Assembly (NCBI RefSeq): GCF_000315625.1
Contig: NW_005434665.1
Coordinates: forward strand, 783,741 to 847,740
Direction: 5' to 3'
Length of the DNA stretch: 64,000 nucleotides
DNA from: Guillardia theta CCMP2712
Taxonomy: Eukaryota; Protista; Cryptophyta
Part shown: positions 1-14,375 of the stretch, piece by piece
Numbering within the stretch: the first letter of the stretch is position 1
Layout of the letters: each line of letters begins with the position of its first letter
Position numbers and translations under genes: made by a program
Notes under the pieces: generated by a model
What the model was told of the DNA's origin: nothing
Databases searched by the model: none
Seen by the model: the letters and a program-made list of their open reading frames with translations, nothing else

Positions 1-674
1 GAATGGATCAACGGGGGTATGAAATCGCATTACCCCTCCTGGGACCATACGAAATCGGACATAGGACCTGGTACTAGAGTCCCTTGAGCTACACCCCTAC
101 CCCTACTTCTCTTTAAGTTATTATTGTACATAGTGGTAGGGGTCCTCACTTCTATTTCCGGAACCACTGCAGATGTAGGTGGTACGTAGGGTGATACTAG
201 AAAGGGTACTTTGTAGGGGAATACGGGGGTAATACGGGGGTAATAAGGTTGATGGAAAGGGCAGGGGTATGTGAAACACTACACTGTCTGAAATGGGTTG
301 GTGGGTGGTATTTCAAGTATGGTACAGGGAACACACGATCTGGGAAACTTAGGGTACTTTACTATAGGATGATGGGGGTAGTGATGTTGATATTATACGA
401 ATGGGTAGGTGTAGTAAGTGTCAAAAGGAGGGTAGGGGGGTAGTTGGAAGGAAGTGGTATAAAAAGCAAGAGGAACGAAGGGTCAACCATAACGAGGTGA
501 GACATGTGAAGGGGCATGGCAGTTCAGACAAGCATTTGTATGCCCGAATATGCTGCGCAATGAAAGAAACACAAGGAATCAACTTTGTGGATTCTTTCGT
601 TGAATGTGACATGTGTTCATTTTGATTTTCTTGTATCCAAATCCATGTTTCATGTTTCTGATCTAGTTTATCAG

Positions 675-845
675 ATGTTCTCCCTTCTCTTCGACCTTGA
701 GGATTACGCCACCACCTACCGCGCCACCCGCGATGCCTACTTGAAGGCTGCCAACGAGCTCAAGCTCGCCACCGGCCCCTACAAGGCTGCCCGTGACGCC
801 TACGTTGCGGCCACCGCCACCTACACCAAGTCCCTCTACGAGTAA
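675..845 (+). CDS. 56-aa Ala/Tyr-rich microprotein with heptad Tyr repeat, function unknown
   Basis: ATG 675 to TAA 845 encodes MFSLLFDLEDYATTYRATRDAYLKAANELKLATGPYKAARDAYVAATATYTKSLYE. Strong C-ending codon bias (GCC, ACC, TAC, CGC) against AT-rich flanks, and AATAAA shortly after the stop. Confidence 0.7.
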   Translation: MFSLLFDLEDYATTYRATRDAYLKAANELKLATGPYKAARDAYVAATATYTKSLYE

Positions 846-1149
846 ACTGGTCCAAGGGAGAGTTAATAAAACATTTAAAAAGACATCTCAAAGTGTGTTG
901 TTCTGTTTTCGTTTCACATCCAGCTTGCAAACCGTGTGTTGATCATCAAAATAGTACGTACTCCATTCCGGCATTCATGTCATATTTTTACTGTCTAGAA
1001 ACAGAATATGTTCTGGATTTCCACTCGTTGATCAACCCCATGTCATGTGCGGAGGAGGAGGCCCGGGATTCAAGCTTGGATGTAGCTGTGCGAGTGTGAG
1101 CCTGGAACATTTGTTTGGCATACAAACATCACCTCCCTCGATCGCGTGT

Positions 1150-3014
1150 CTACTGTCGAAATTCCAGAAGGTTTCTGCTGACATGGTGAGAAGGACAGGA
1201 AGAGGGGCGACTGACGAGTTCAGACCTTCTCGTCCATGGATGGATTGCAATATTCGTACAGTGCCCCCGTGATGATGTTAAACTTCTGTGGTTGAAGAGC
1301 GAAGTCAGCGATGAATCCTTACCACCTGCTCATTCACCTTGCCATTCGTCTCTCTGTTCCTCAAGTTTTGTGTCCGATCACTGAACTTCACTTCCGGCTG
1401 GTTCATCGAGTAGTCTATCCCCGCATCTTCACGGTGAAGCAGCGTCACGTCCAGAGGCGTCAAGAATACAGGAGAGCACAAACCTTGAAACACCCGCGAG
1501 TAGGTGTTGGTCGGGTTGACAAGCTCCCTCACCTCGCTAGGGATCCGCTTCTTCGTTGCCCACAACCTCCGTTCGAGACCTGCGCGAGCAGGTGAATGAG
1601 AGGAGACGAGAATGGAGGCGCTGAGTACCGGGAGGAGGCTGCACGTTGGGGTCAACCTCTGTCATGAAGTCATATCCGAGGTGAGGCGCACTGTAGCTGT
1701 TGGACTGATGAGTAGGAGACAGAGCTTGCGAGTATGTGACAGATGCACCTGTTCTGCACCAGCCACTCCTGCCTCTGGGACCTCTTCAGATCACGTTGCT
1801 CTCGTTTTGAGTTAGCAGCTGGGAGGTTGTTACTGAGAGCGCAGAGTAGTTTCCTCCTCGAACTTACCCATCCTGTCTGCCGCGTACACGATGGTATCAG
1901 GACAGTCTGCAGACTCAACCCCGATAACCTGCAGCCAACCTCAACCCAAGGAGGGCAAACATTTCAAGCTTACTCCTGACGGGAAGCGCTTTTGCATCAG
2001 AGCAATAAGACGCATTTGTTTGTGCCTGTTCCATGGAAGAGTGAGACAAGGGAGGGGAGTATTGAAGGCGATCACTTGTCTTTTGCCTTGATGATATCAG
2101 CCATCCTCTTCTGCTTCTCGTACTGCAAGATAGACTCCCTCTCCTGCACCTCTATCAACCCTTGGGACTGCCATACACAAGCGGGTGGCCACCTTGGCAG
2201 TGAGCAGCCCCTCCTGCTTGTACCACGCGTCCGGAGGAAGAACAGTTTTGGCAGGCGGAACCTGTCGCGAGATGAGGAGGAGCGGCAGAGGCAGCAAGTC
2301 CAGTATCTTGCCTTCACTTTGAAGAACTCGAACCTCTCAGGTTGCACCATGAGCGCCGCGTCACCCTGAACTTCGGCCTGCAATGTCGCAGATCGCTTCA
2401 GCCAGATCCTGCTTTCCCTGAAACCACTTTGTGACCTGAGCGTCTTGACCCTTTGGATCCTTTGCTACAGCCTTGTACTCCAGTTTCCCTGTCAACTCAG
2501 CCCTGCACAACAAGTCAGACACTTCAAGTTCACGAGCACGAGCTCTTCAGGAAGTCAGGTTTCACCTTATCCTGTTCACGTGGTTCGCCATGTCGCTAGC
2601 ACAGACTGAAGGCGCCCATCGCGACAACGTACCGACCGGCTCAGGCTCCTGCGCAGAATGAGGAGGATGGACCAACGAACAACAGGGGAGACCGGATCTT
2701 CAAGGATAATCGTACGAGGTTCCTCCCACGGCGCGAGCCTTGTGGTGTGGAAGCCTCCTGTCGTCCCAAACCCTCCCCCGGTTCCGAAACCTCCTCCTGA
2801 TCCTCCTCCTGCCGTTGCTGAAGGTCTGAACTCCGGTGGGGAAATGATCTTTGGGCCAGAAGCAGGTGCTAACCAGCAGTGTCACAACGAAGTGATGAGG
2901 AACGGGGCAGGCAAACACACCCATCATGTCGTGATGGTCCATAAAAGCTGAAAGAGCATCCGGGCGAGGCGCGGTTGTAACTCTGGAATGCGCCAATCTC
3001 GCGCTTCTCCTCAT
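1150..3014 (-). CDS. Multi-exon hypothetical protein with Gly-rich segment; 3' end uncertain
   Basis: ATG 3014. Successive GT-AG-bounded exons read APASGPKIISPPEFRPSATAGGGSGGGFGTGG..., EPEPVGTLSRWAPS..., AELTGKLEYKAVAKD... No family motif recognised. Confidence 0.45.
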
Positions 3015-3936
3015 CTTTGATTGGGTTGTTACAGAACAGGGGCTTGATCTCTTAGAGTGTCACAAGAGTCTTCTAATTAGCATTTTGAAACTGCAAATGT
3101 AGAGTAAATACTGAAGAATGCTGCATTGTTCAAGATTCATTCTCAGATACACCAAACATGAAAGAAACTTGCTCCTTTGAAAAACATTCCACTTACTTCG
3201 TCAACTTGCTGCACTTTCCATTTACATGAAAATGCACAGTGTTCGCGGACAAGTTTAAAACTTTTTCTAGTCTTTGATTCATCAGGATTGTCGACTCGGG
3301 TATCACAAACTCTCTCCACCATGCCTGAACCATCCTAAATCATCGGCTCCTCTTTCTCAACAGTTCTGCAGGCCTGTATGCAGAACTTTCCATATCCTCG
3401 TCTCCAACACCGCTGTTTCTTCTCTCGCATCTATCATACTATCGTGTTTCGTCTCTTCGTCTGTCTTCGTCTCTTCTCTCATCATTTTCCCTCCTCCTCG
3501 TTGGCTGCCCCAAAGGTTACAAGGTGCCCAGCATGGCGAAACCGTTGGTAGTAACCCTCTTCCCCTCTCAGCCCACAGTTGTCCCGGTGCCCGGCCTTGG
3601 GCCCGGCAGGGCCCTGGGCCGCTTATCTGTTTCTCAGTGTTATGCGCTTCCTTTGACGAGGACTCATAACCTTCTACTCCCCCAACGGGAACTTCGACTA
3701 CCCCCTACCCCACCCAATATGAATGTACCCTATCAGATACACAATCGTATACCCTTACCCCTATTTAGAAACTAAAAAGTACCCCTTAAAATGCATTCAA
3801 TTTTACCACCCCTACCCTATTCCAACGGCAGTGTGACCCTCGGACCACACCCCTGTGTTCCCCTACCGCCCCCCCGGAGGAAAAAAGAACGGAAACTCTG
3901 TAAAAGGAGGCGAGGGAAAGTGCCGTTGCCCGAAGC

Positions 3937-5777
<1,841 letters not shown>

Positions 5778-6018
5778 CGCTCGTCCCTGACCGCTACCGC
5801 AGATCCTCGCGCTGGGGGAGAACATTTTCCGTACTCAGGCTGGAGGGAATTATTCTTTGTTCTGAGACCGGAGGAGGAGGAGGAAGAAAAATTCCTGGAG
5901 ATCTCTCATAGAGAATTTTTTGGCTACTTACAAAGTAATCTACATTAGGAAGGAGGAAGGAGAGGAAAGGGGTAGAGGAATAGATGAGAATGGCCATGTT
6001 ATCAAGGATAAAAATCAC

Positions 6019-6315
6019 TCAGTCGTCGTCTATCTCGAGCTTCAGCCCTCGTAGCTGTAAGGCAAGACATCGTCACACAAGGCAGGAGGAGGTGGGGGAA
6101 GGAGGAAAGTGAAAACTAAAAGACGAGGGAAGGGAGGGGGGGGGGAGATGGCGGAGAGAAAGAGGTAAGTCACTTACAATCGAATTAGGAACGCGATTCC
6201 ATTCATCATCTCCTTCTCGTTCACCTCCTCCTGCTGTGCCATCCCCGCTGCCTGCCCCTGCCCCCGCCCCTTCCCCTTCCCCTGCCCCTGCCCCTGCTCC
6301 TGCTGCTCCTGATCT

Positions 6316-6352
<37 letters not shown>

Positions 6353-9300
6353 AATCGTCCCCTCGTCTCTCCATTCGCTTTATCCACGTCAACCTCTTTC
6401 CGATCTTCTTCATCCTCGTTTGCGTTGTCGTTCCCTGTCTGCCGCAGCGCTTTCAGTGGCTTTACTCGGAGCAAGCATCACGGACCTTCTCCTGCTCCTG
6501 CTCGTCGTCATCCTCCACCTCGCCATGGATCGGAGGACTAGGTGCTGCCCTGTCCATCTCCGGCTCTTCTTTGCCTCTTCTCTCGACCTCGTCCTCCTCG
6601 AGCAGCTTCGACTCATGCTGCGGCTGTTCAGGATACGGGAGAGCCCTCGCACCTCTCTACCTCGTCGCTCCTCTCCGACCCTGAGTCGGAGACCGGGCGT
6701 GTGATGTCCTCCTCGTTCATGCCTGCAGCCCACTCACGACTCCTTCCTCTCCATCCCTTCTCGTGCCCACTGCCTCTTCTCGTTCTCTACCCCTTCCTTC
6801 CTCCTCACCAGAACCCCTCGCTCACCCTCCGCTCCTGCTCCTTCCATTCACGACCTCCTTACCTGTGCCCAGGTTGGTGAAGTCTTCAAACATCGTGCTG
6901 GGGGCATCGAAGGCTGTGTCGTCGAACCTGGAACGATCTCGTAAGTATTCACATCAACGGAAAGAGGGAAAAGGGGGAAGGGGAAGGGGGGGGGGGAAGA
7001 GGGAGGAGGGAGAGCGGAGAGATAGAGAACGGAGGAGGGGGAGAGAGCCAGGGAGGAAGGGGAGAGAGGAGGGGGGAAAGGGGAGAGAGCGTGAAAGGGG
7101 AAGGAGGACGACAACAATATCGAGGGGAAGGAGGACCTCGAGTCATCGTAAACGTCTCTGTCTGTCAAGTTTCCTTCCGCATCAAGTCGCTCCAGTAGTC
7201 TCCCCCGCTCGCTCATCGTCGGCCCGACAGCGCTTCCGTCCTCTACCATTATCTGCTTGTAAGCTCGCCGCATACTCGCGATCCTCTCCTGGATCGAGCC
7301 ATGCACGTCCTCCGTCAGGTCCTCGGCTGTAGACTCCATCCCCACCTGCAACATCTCAGCTAGCAGCAGGGGGCAGAGCACGCGGCACCTCCACCAGGGG
7401 AGGGAGCTTGGCGTCGAACTGCTTCCTCCTGTCCGATCCGTTCCTCATCCTCTCACGGAACCTGTAGGCCGCCAGCTTCATGAAGTGCTCCACCCGCTGC
7501 TCCGTGCTCCCTGCTGGAGCATGCGGCAGCCTCGGCGTAACCAGCAGCCCATTCTCTCCGTCCTCGACTCCGTTGTCCTCCGCCTCCTCATCCCCGCTCC
7601 CCCAGCTCGCGTCCGCCTGCCTCCGAGCAGAGTTGCGAGCTGGAAACGGCATCTCCGTGGGGGCCAGCATCCTCGAGGAGAGCAGCAGCTGGGGCCCGGC
7701 CTCAGAGCCTGGAGCCCTGGGGGTGGCAGATACAGAAGTCCCTCCCTCCTGGAGCTCGCCGAAGATGTCGGGGTGGTGAGACGCGTAGAAGTTCTCAGTG
7801 TTGGTGAGCGACAGGTCCGTCTCCTCCATCTCCCTCCTCACCAGCTGGTCCAACTTCGTCTTCAGCTGGTTCGCCCGCGCCTCCTGCTGCGGAAACCGCT
7901 GCTCCGCCTCCTCGAACTCGGCGGACGCGGTCTCGAGCCGAGAGGTCTTGAGATGGATGCTGTGCATGTCAATCTTGAGCTGGCGGAGCATCTCGCGGAC
8001 CAGCTGAAGCTCAGCTGCCTGCTCGCGGAGCTTGCATCGGTTCTTCCAGACGAGGAGGTTCACCATCTCATGCTCGAGCTGCTCAACGAGGTACTTGTAG
8101 TCGAGGAAGCTGTTGGAGCAGAAGAGCACGGACTTGCAAGCCTTGCTCAGCTCCTCTGCACAGTCGGAGATTTCCAGGATGGGCTGCTGGTGGACATCCT
8201 TGTAGCCGAGGATGTGCTTCCTCCTCTCCCTCTCGCGCGACCGCAGCTTCAGCCCTATCGCGATGCTGACGGCAACGATGACGACGGCGAGGAGCGAAAC
8301 CCCAGCCAAGAGGCCAACATGCCGCTGGGCCCAGGTGGAGCAGACCAGCCACTTCTTCTGAAGGGAGGAGACGCCTTGCCCCACCTTCAGAGAGACGTTT
8401 GCTCCCGTCAGCTCCTCCCCGATGGCGAGCGGATTGACGGGGCAGAACCCGACGACAGGAAAGGGAGGGAGGACGGTGTGGTTGCAGTAGAGCTGACCCT
8501 CCCGCTGGTTGATCCAAGGGCTCCCGATGCTGGGGCAAGAGGAGGAAAGCATTCCGCAGTAGGACAGGGAGAAGGGGTCGAAGCTCTGGACGGACGAGTC
8601 GCTGCGAGCTGCAGTGATGACAAACAGAAAGAGGTTGGTGCCCAGCACCTGGCCTACGTGGAACTCAGCTGGGTAGATCTGAGTCAAGAGGCCGGAGAGG
8701 ACCCCCCCTCTGCTTGACAGCAAGCTGGAGTTGAACGTGTAGAAGGAGCCCACAAACATCTCAGCAGTCTCGGAGATCCTCCGATTCACGAGAAAACCAG
8801 CGAGGAAAAGCTTCTCCGCCATCTCCCCGTAGTAGTCCCCGAAGAACAGCTCTGTCTGCGCGCGAGACGACGGGGTCTGCGCAGCGATCTCCTCTAGCCA
8901 GGAGGGGGAGCTGTGGGTGATGAAGTACCCCTGATCATCTGTCAGGAAGAAGTCGAACGGAACCGGCTGCGTCACAGCTCGAGAGAGAGCTTGTCGGATG
9001 GACGAAGACAGGTCGGACAGCCCGAGCGACATCCCCACCAGCCCCGCTGGCTCATCTCGCAGCCCCGACTGGCCAGACGTTGAGGGAGAAAGGAGAATCG
9101 GCACAGAGATCACGGTCTCCAGCAGGGCCCCTCCCCAGCACCCTCCTGCACAGGTGTGCGGCCTCGAGACCGTCAAGCTCCCGTCAGACATGACAGACTG
9201 AGCAAACCACATCTCGTCCGCTGCTGAGTAATCCTTGGGGATGTATCGACCTGGCCAGACCCCGTACACTCCAGACCGGAAGGCGATGACGGCTGACTTC

Positions 9301-11546
9301 TTCCCTCCCCCGTCTTGGTTCCACGAGGTCACCTTGAGCTCGGACGCCAACACTCGCGCGAGCGAGACATCCCTCATGGCTTCGAACGTCATCCCATCTC
9401 CAACAACATTGCTGCCTTGCACCCCACCAAGGTAGACGAGAGGATCCTGCAGGGAGCGGTTGATCCATTGGTTGATGCTCGCGACCTGCTCCGCGCTCTC
9501 ACTCTGCGCCAGATACTTGAAGGCGTTGAGGAACGACGAGGCTGCGAGCTTCACCGAAAACGCCCCAGTGGAGAAAGTCTTCTCCTGCTCCTGCACCATA
9601 GAAACTCCCAGCTGAACCAGGGCTGACGGGTCGGCAAACGTTGCGTGATAAAGCATCGCGGCTGCTGGGACTTGGAGCTTCGACCATGCAGCGTAGGGGG
9701 CAGTCATGTTGTTGAAGGAGAAGTCGAACTTGTCAACAGTAGCCGAGCTCTGAAGGTCAGCCAGGATGTAGGACACGAAGCTGGTGCCCGGGACTCTCTG
9801 CCAGCAGAAGGCGACGGAGACATTCACCTCCGTAGTGTAGTAGACGAGTTTCTTCTTGTTGACCGTGAGCCACTTGAGCAAGGTGAGGGGAGTGCGATCT
9901 ACCCTCACTACCGCACATCCTTGCGTCACAGTCGCTGCCCTCTCAAAGAGGGAGAAGGAAGACGCTGAGGAGTCGCCTTCCACTCTGTTTGCATCCAGTG
10001 GGAGGTAGACCCCTGCTTCAGCAAGCTGCACCACGAGGGGATGAAAGAAAAGTTTGAACGGCTTGTCCCTCATGAAGACACCCAGGTGATAGTCCTCGTC
10101 GGAAGTCTCTGCAAGATCGGACAACTTGGCCACGATGTAGTCAAAGTTGAAATCGATCGCAACGACACCTTGGAAGTCTGCATGACCACTCTTGTCTGCG
10201 GTGACTATAGGAGCCGACATGGTGTAGACACATTGCTGAGAGCTGCAGTTGGGCAACATAGAGCCCTTGTGCTGCTCGTCGAACTTGAGAAGCAGAGACA
10301 TCATATCCATCACAGGATTCAGCTGGCTTCGCAGAGCTGAGAAGTTCCCATACGCTTCGACCTGAACGTAGAGCCCTTGGTACTTGCAAGCCAGAGTTGA
10401 ACAGAAATTGCAAGTGGTCGAGCCCAAGGAGATAGTGAAGACCTGTGCAAAGAGCTGCTTCTGGTACGGCTCGATATCATTCAAGGTCTTCGTCGCTTCG
10501 GTTGTCGTAACGAGCCCGTCCGTGATGAGGAAAAGCATTCTGGAGCAGTTGCGCGAGTAGCCTTGAGCTGCACTGTTGCGAAACAGGTCCCAAGCCTGAG
10601 TGATCGACAACTCCAACAGGTGAGTTTGCAACTGCAGCTCCTTAACGACCACTTGCTTCAGAAACGACATCAAGATGTCTCGGTTCGCTCGGGTTGCAGG
10701 TATCAACAGGCTGTTCGACACACAGGGGCTCAACTTGCCCGACACGATGAGCTGCAAGGAGTCATCCGGGGAGACAAGGCTCAACACGGCATCCACCACT
10801 CCCACGATCATCTCCGAAGCACGTGGTATTGAGACGGACAGGAAGGAAGACACGTCAATCACAACCACGACGTCTTTGCTGATCGAGGCAGCGCTTGCGA
10901 ACCATTGGAAACCTCTTCCGTCCTGCTCTTGGAAAGTGGAATACCGAGGATCCGTCCTTTGAACAGTTGAGATCGTCTCCCCGATAGAAGACACAAACGT
11001 CACAGCTTGTATGTAAGGAGCTTTGATCGTTCGGAAATATTTCGATAGGCTCGAGTACAGGAGGCAGCTTTGTAGTTGTGGTCGTGACTGTACACTCTCT
11101 GCACTTGGCGGGAAGTTGACGAGAATCGAGGAATTGTCAAACGCGCAAGTGCTGTTCTGACTTGTTAAGCTGTTTTCGATCAAGGACTTGACGATGCTGG
11201 AGATGTTTCTGAGTGAAGTCACAATGTCTCCAAGAACAGATGCGTACGCCTGAATCGAAAACTTCTGAACGCGATCAGGCAGGCTCAGAGTCGAAGTTGT
11301 GGATCCACCATTTGAATTGATCGTATCAATAACATTCTGCAGGCTTGCGCTCAACACACAATCCTTGCCCTTTGCCACCTTCAGGTAAGTACACGCCCAC
11401 GTTGAGAGGGTTTGCTCTACCTCCCTGGTCATGTTCATTACCTGTCTACTCTGCAACTGAAAGCCATGACCTTCTGCCAGTAAGAGTGCCAGCAGGGTGA
11501 GAAGGAGACACTGCGCTGGCATCTGGCTCTTCAGTCTCTTCACCAT
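6019..11546 (-). CDS. alpha2delta/CACHD1-like type I membrane protein: signal peptide, VWA, Cache domains, TM, long coiled-coil/acidic tail
   Basis: Signal peptide LLLTLLALLLAEGHG. QWFASAASISKDVVVVIDVS and LFLITDG match the VWA entry of alpha2delta. Cache-like GVVAIDF, DEMWF..LTVSRPH, FLTDDQGYFITH. TM LLAGVSLLAVVIVAVSIAIGL. The 4.2-kb first exon is followed by small exons ending LRGLKLEIDDD-TGA at 6019. Confidence 0.75.
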
Positions 11547-12027
11547 ACAGGCAAGAGATGGACTACTTCCGCATGGATCCCAACAGAGATTGTTAGCAGA
11601 CCGCTACAGCTCGCATGCCCCGAACAGTCTTAGAGGTGACTCTGACTTGGACGGCATTGGCTATCCGCGGCTCTCTGTCTTCATTGCTTGCCATCTCCTC
11701 CCTCCCTCCCTCCTCCTCCCCCTTTCTCCTCCGCCATGAAAGCCATTGATAGATCCCCAGAAATAGTCCGAGGGTAGGGGTAGTTCAAGGTAGGAAAGGG
11801 GGTGGGGTAACTAAGTGGATTGTGGGGGTAAGGGTAGTGTAAAGGGTACTTCGTAGATGGTAGGTAGCAAGGAAGCAGAAAAGTAGGGGGTACTGAGAGG
11901 TCATCAAAGGGGTACAGATTCTGGCTCTGGTACGAAACAGGGTAGGAAGATATCAGAGGGTGAATGTAGCGGGGTGGGGGTAATATGGTCAGGGAGGGGA
12001 CGAGGGGACGCCCTTTCGATTTTTGAA

Positions 12028-14184
12028 ATGGGCGTGGAAGATGGCGGCGCCGAGGAGATGGAAATGCAGCGAAAGGAGGTGACCCAACTCCCTCCTCTGC
12101 TCTTTCCCTCCTGCTTCTTCCCCTCTCTTCCTGCTTCTACGACTCCCCTTCTTCTTCTTCTCATCCTCTACTTCTTCTGCTAATCATCTATATCTTGTGC
12201 TCATCCTCTACTGCTCCTGCTCCTGCAACCACAACTCGCACTAGCATTGTATACTCCTGCCTCTTATCAATAATCATGGATCTTGCCTTGAATATTCCAT
12301 TCTTTAACAGCCTCCTTCTCAATATTGGTACTTTTCTGTTTCCACTCAATCTCAATGTCGATTTCTTTTCCCTGGTTTTCACTCTCATTGCCGTGTACCT
12401 CTTCTTCCTTTTCTCACCCTGATCTTGTCTTCCATTTCACAGGAATCGCAATTTAACGCGCGACACATGAGCCCGGAGGAGCAGAAAAGAGACGAACTCC
12501 GTGCTCGTCTGGCCGCGCTGTCAGACAAGGTCCACAGGGCAGAACAAGATGTGATCTTAGAGCAACAGGCACAGAGGAGGCAGAGGACGCTCCACCAAAG
12601 ATTGGTCAAGGACGTCGATGACCTCCGACGGACCCTCCTTGAGATGAAGAAGTTCGAGAAGGAAATCAGCGGCAGCCAATCGACAGTGGAGAAAGCTTTC
12701 GAGGATTTCAGCGTCAAGAAGAGTTTCCCACCCCCACGGCACAAGCCAGAAGGCCATGCGGTGGATGAGAAAGAGAACGTCAGCCCTACGAAGGCAATTG
12801 CGATCAGGTTTGACGTGGAGAAGAAGAAAGTACAACAGGTCTGCGAAGACGCGATAGCAACCACAGGGAGCAAGCTGGTCAACCAGGCTGCAGGGAACCT
12901 GGCGATGAGTTCATTCCCGTCTCTCATGGAACAAGGTGTCTTGAACATGGATCATACTACAATGCTTCAGGTTGCTTCCAACTTAGCGGACAGAAAGGCT
13001 CAAGATATCAGGGATGTCATGAACGTCGACAACATGTACGAGGCCTCGAGACAGCGCATGCAGTCGGAGAAAGTGGCAGATAAGATGCGATCGCTCCTTT
13101 ACTATGCGCACAGAGAGCACCTTGCTTCGTTCGAAGAAGGCCAAGCTCTCCGGTGCGATGCTCAGAATGCTCAGCGTCGTGTCGAGTCGCTGATCAAGGA
13201 CCTTGAAAGCCTTCACGCCAAGAAAGCGAGGAATGATGCCGAATGGAGGATCCAAGCGATCTCGATGAAGCAAGACCGAGACTTGAGCGCGGCGAAGACG
13301 AAGATGGAGGTGATTCAAGGCAGAATCAACGAAATGAAGCTCAAGGTGCGGGCCCACAAGCAGTCTTCAAGAGCTCTACACTCCAAGCACGAACAGAAGA
13401 AGAGGCTCGCCAAACAGGAGAAAGACCTGAGAAACTTTCTGCAGCAACTCATTGCAATCAGCAAGAAGTCGTCTGAGTCTCTGTGCGCCGCCCATGCCAG
13501 GTTGCTGGATGCAGGACGAGCAAGCTTGATGGACAGAGCGAATGAGTTGGAGGACATGCACATCCGTGTGGAGGAATTGTGGCCCAAGGACAGGGATGGG
13601 CAGCAGGAAGATCTGAAAACATTCCTGTTGTCTCGCTGTCAGAAGGTGAAGAAGGTGGAGGAGGATGGCAAGAGCTTGTTCTCTGGGAAGCTAGCGCTCG
13701 AACAGACGATGGAAGACAAGAGTTTTGTCCATCTTGTGGCGGAGACCAAGTGGCTGTTGATGAGGGAGAAGACCTTGGAAGCTCAGCTTGCTGCCTGTCA
13801 ACATCTCAAGGATTTTGTTGAATCTTCTCGGTCAAAGCCTTGGAACGATGACAACTACGTGCACACGTTGCAGACAAGCCTCGATGCTCTCTGCTCTGTG
13901 AGTGTCTTTCTCCTCCTCCCCTCTCCCCTCCCCTCACGTCTTCCCTCTCCCTCCTCGCTGGTGCTGACGATGAAACACAGAAATGGCAGCGAGTGGTAGA
14001 GGAGGAGATCCTCAAATCTGTTCGAACGGGTGTAGACGCTATTGAGAGGAGCAAGAGGCTGGAGGAGATGGTGCAGGACTGGAGGGAACAACCAGCGCAG
14101 TTCGCGCTCCCCTGGGTGAAGGTGAGGGGGATGAACCTGCAGGAGTGGATCCATCACTTGAAGAGGAGGGGTGAGATGATCTGA
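12028..14184 (+). CDS. HAUS5: Coiled-coil protein, likely augmin subunit HAUS5/AUG5
   Basis: Long coiled-coil ORF 12425-13999 plus a last exon DWREQPAQFALPWVKVRGMNLQEWIHHLK, resembling the WWEQP..W..G..L..W C-terminal motif of HAUS5/AUG5. First exon MGVEDGGAEEMEMQRKE is inferred. Confidence 0.65.
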
Positions 14185-14241
14185 ACAAAGAAGAAACATG
14201 TGCATTCACGCTGCTGCTCGATGCACTCCAAGTGCGCCGCT

Positions 14242-14309
14242 GCCTCCTTTCGAGGATCGACCTGCTCCGAGAGCTTTCTGTCGACCCTGTCATCCGTCTT
14301 CGAGGAAGC
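14242..14309 (-). promoter_or_regulatory. Type II eukaryotic SECIS element in the TrxR 3' UTR
   Basis: Minus strand reads GCUUCCU..AUGA-C-AGGGUCGAC-AG-AAA-GCUC-UCG-GAGC-AG-GUCGAUCCU-C-GA-A-AGGAGGC. This gives helix I, the AUGA/GA core, a 9-bp helix II, the AAA bulge and an apical mini-stem. Confidence 0.92.
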
Positions 14310-14375
14310 GAGAGCACCACAGGCTGCTGCCACCCGCCGACCAGGAGCTGGTCGGGAGGAGGGGTGGCAGCTTCT

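Noticed and set aside
7485-8717. 410-aa plus-strand ORF and other long antisense ORFs (e.g. 43214-43930, 51179-51916)
   Set aside because: Antisense shadows of GC3-rich genes with no motifs of their own.
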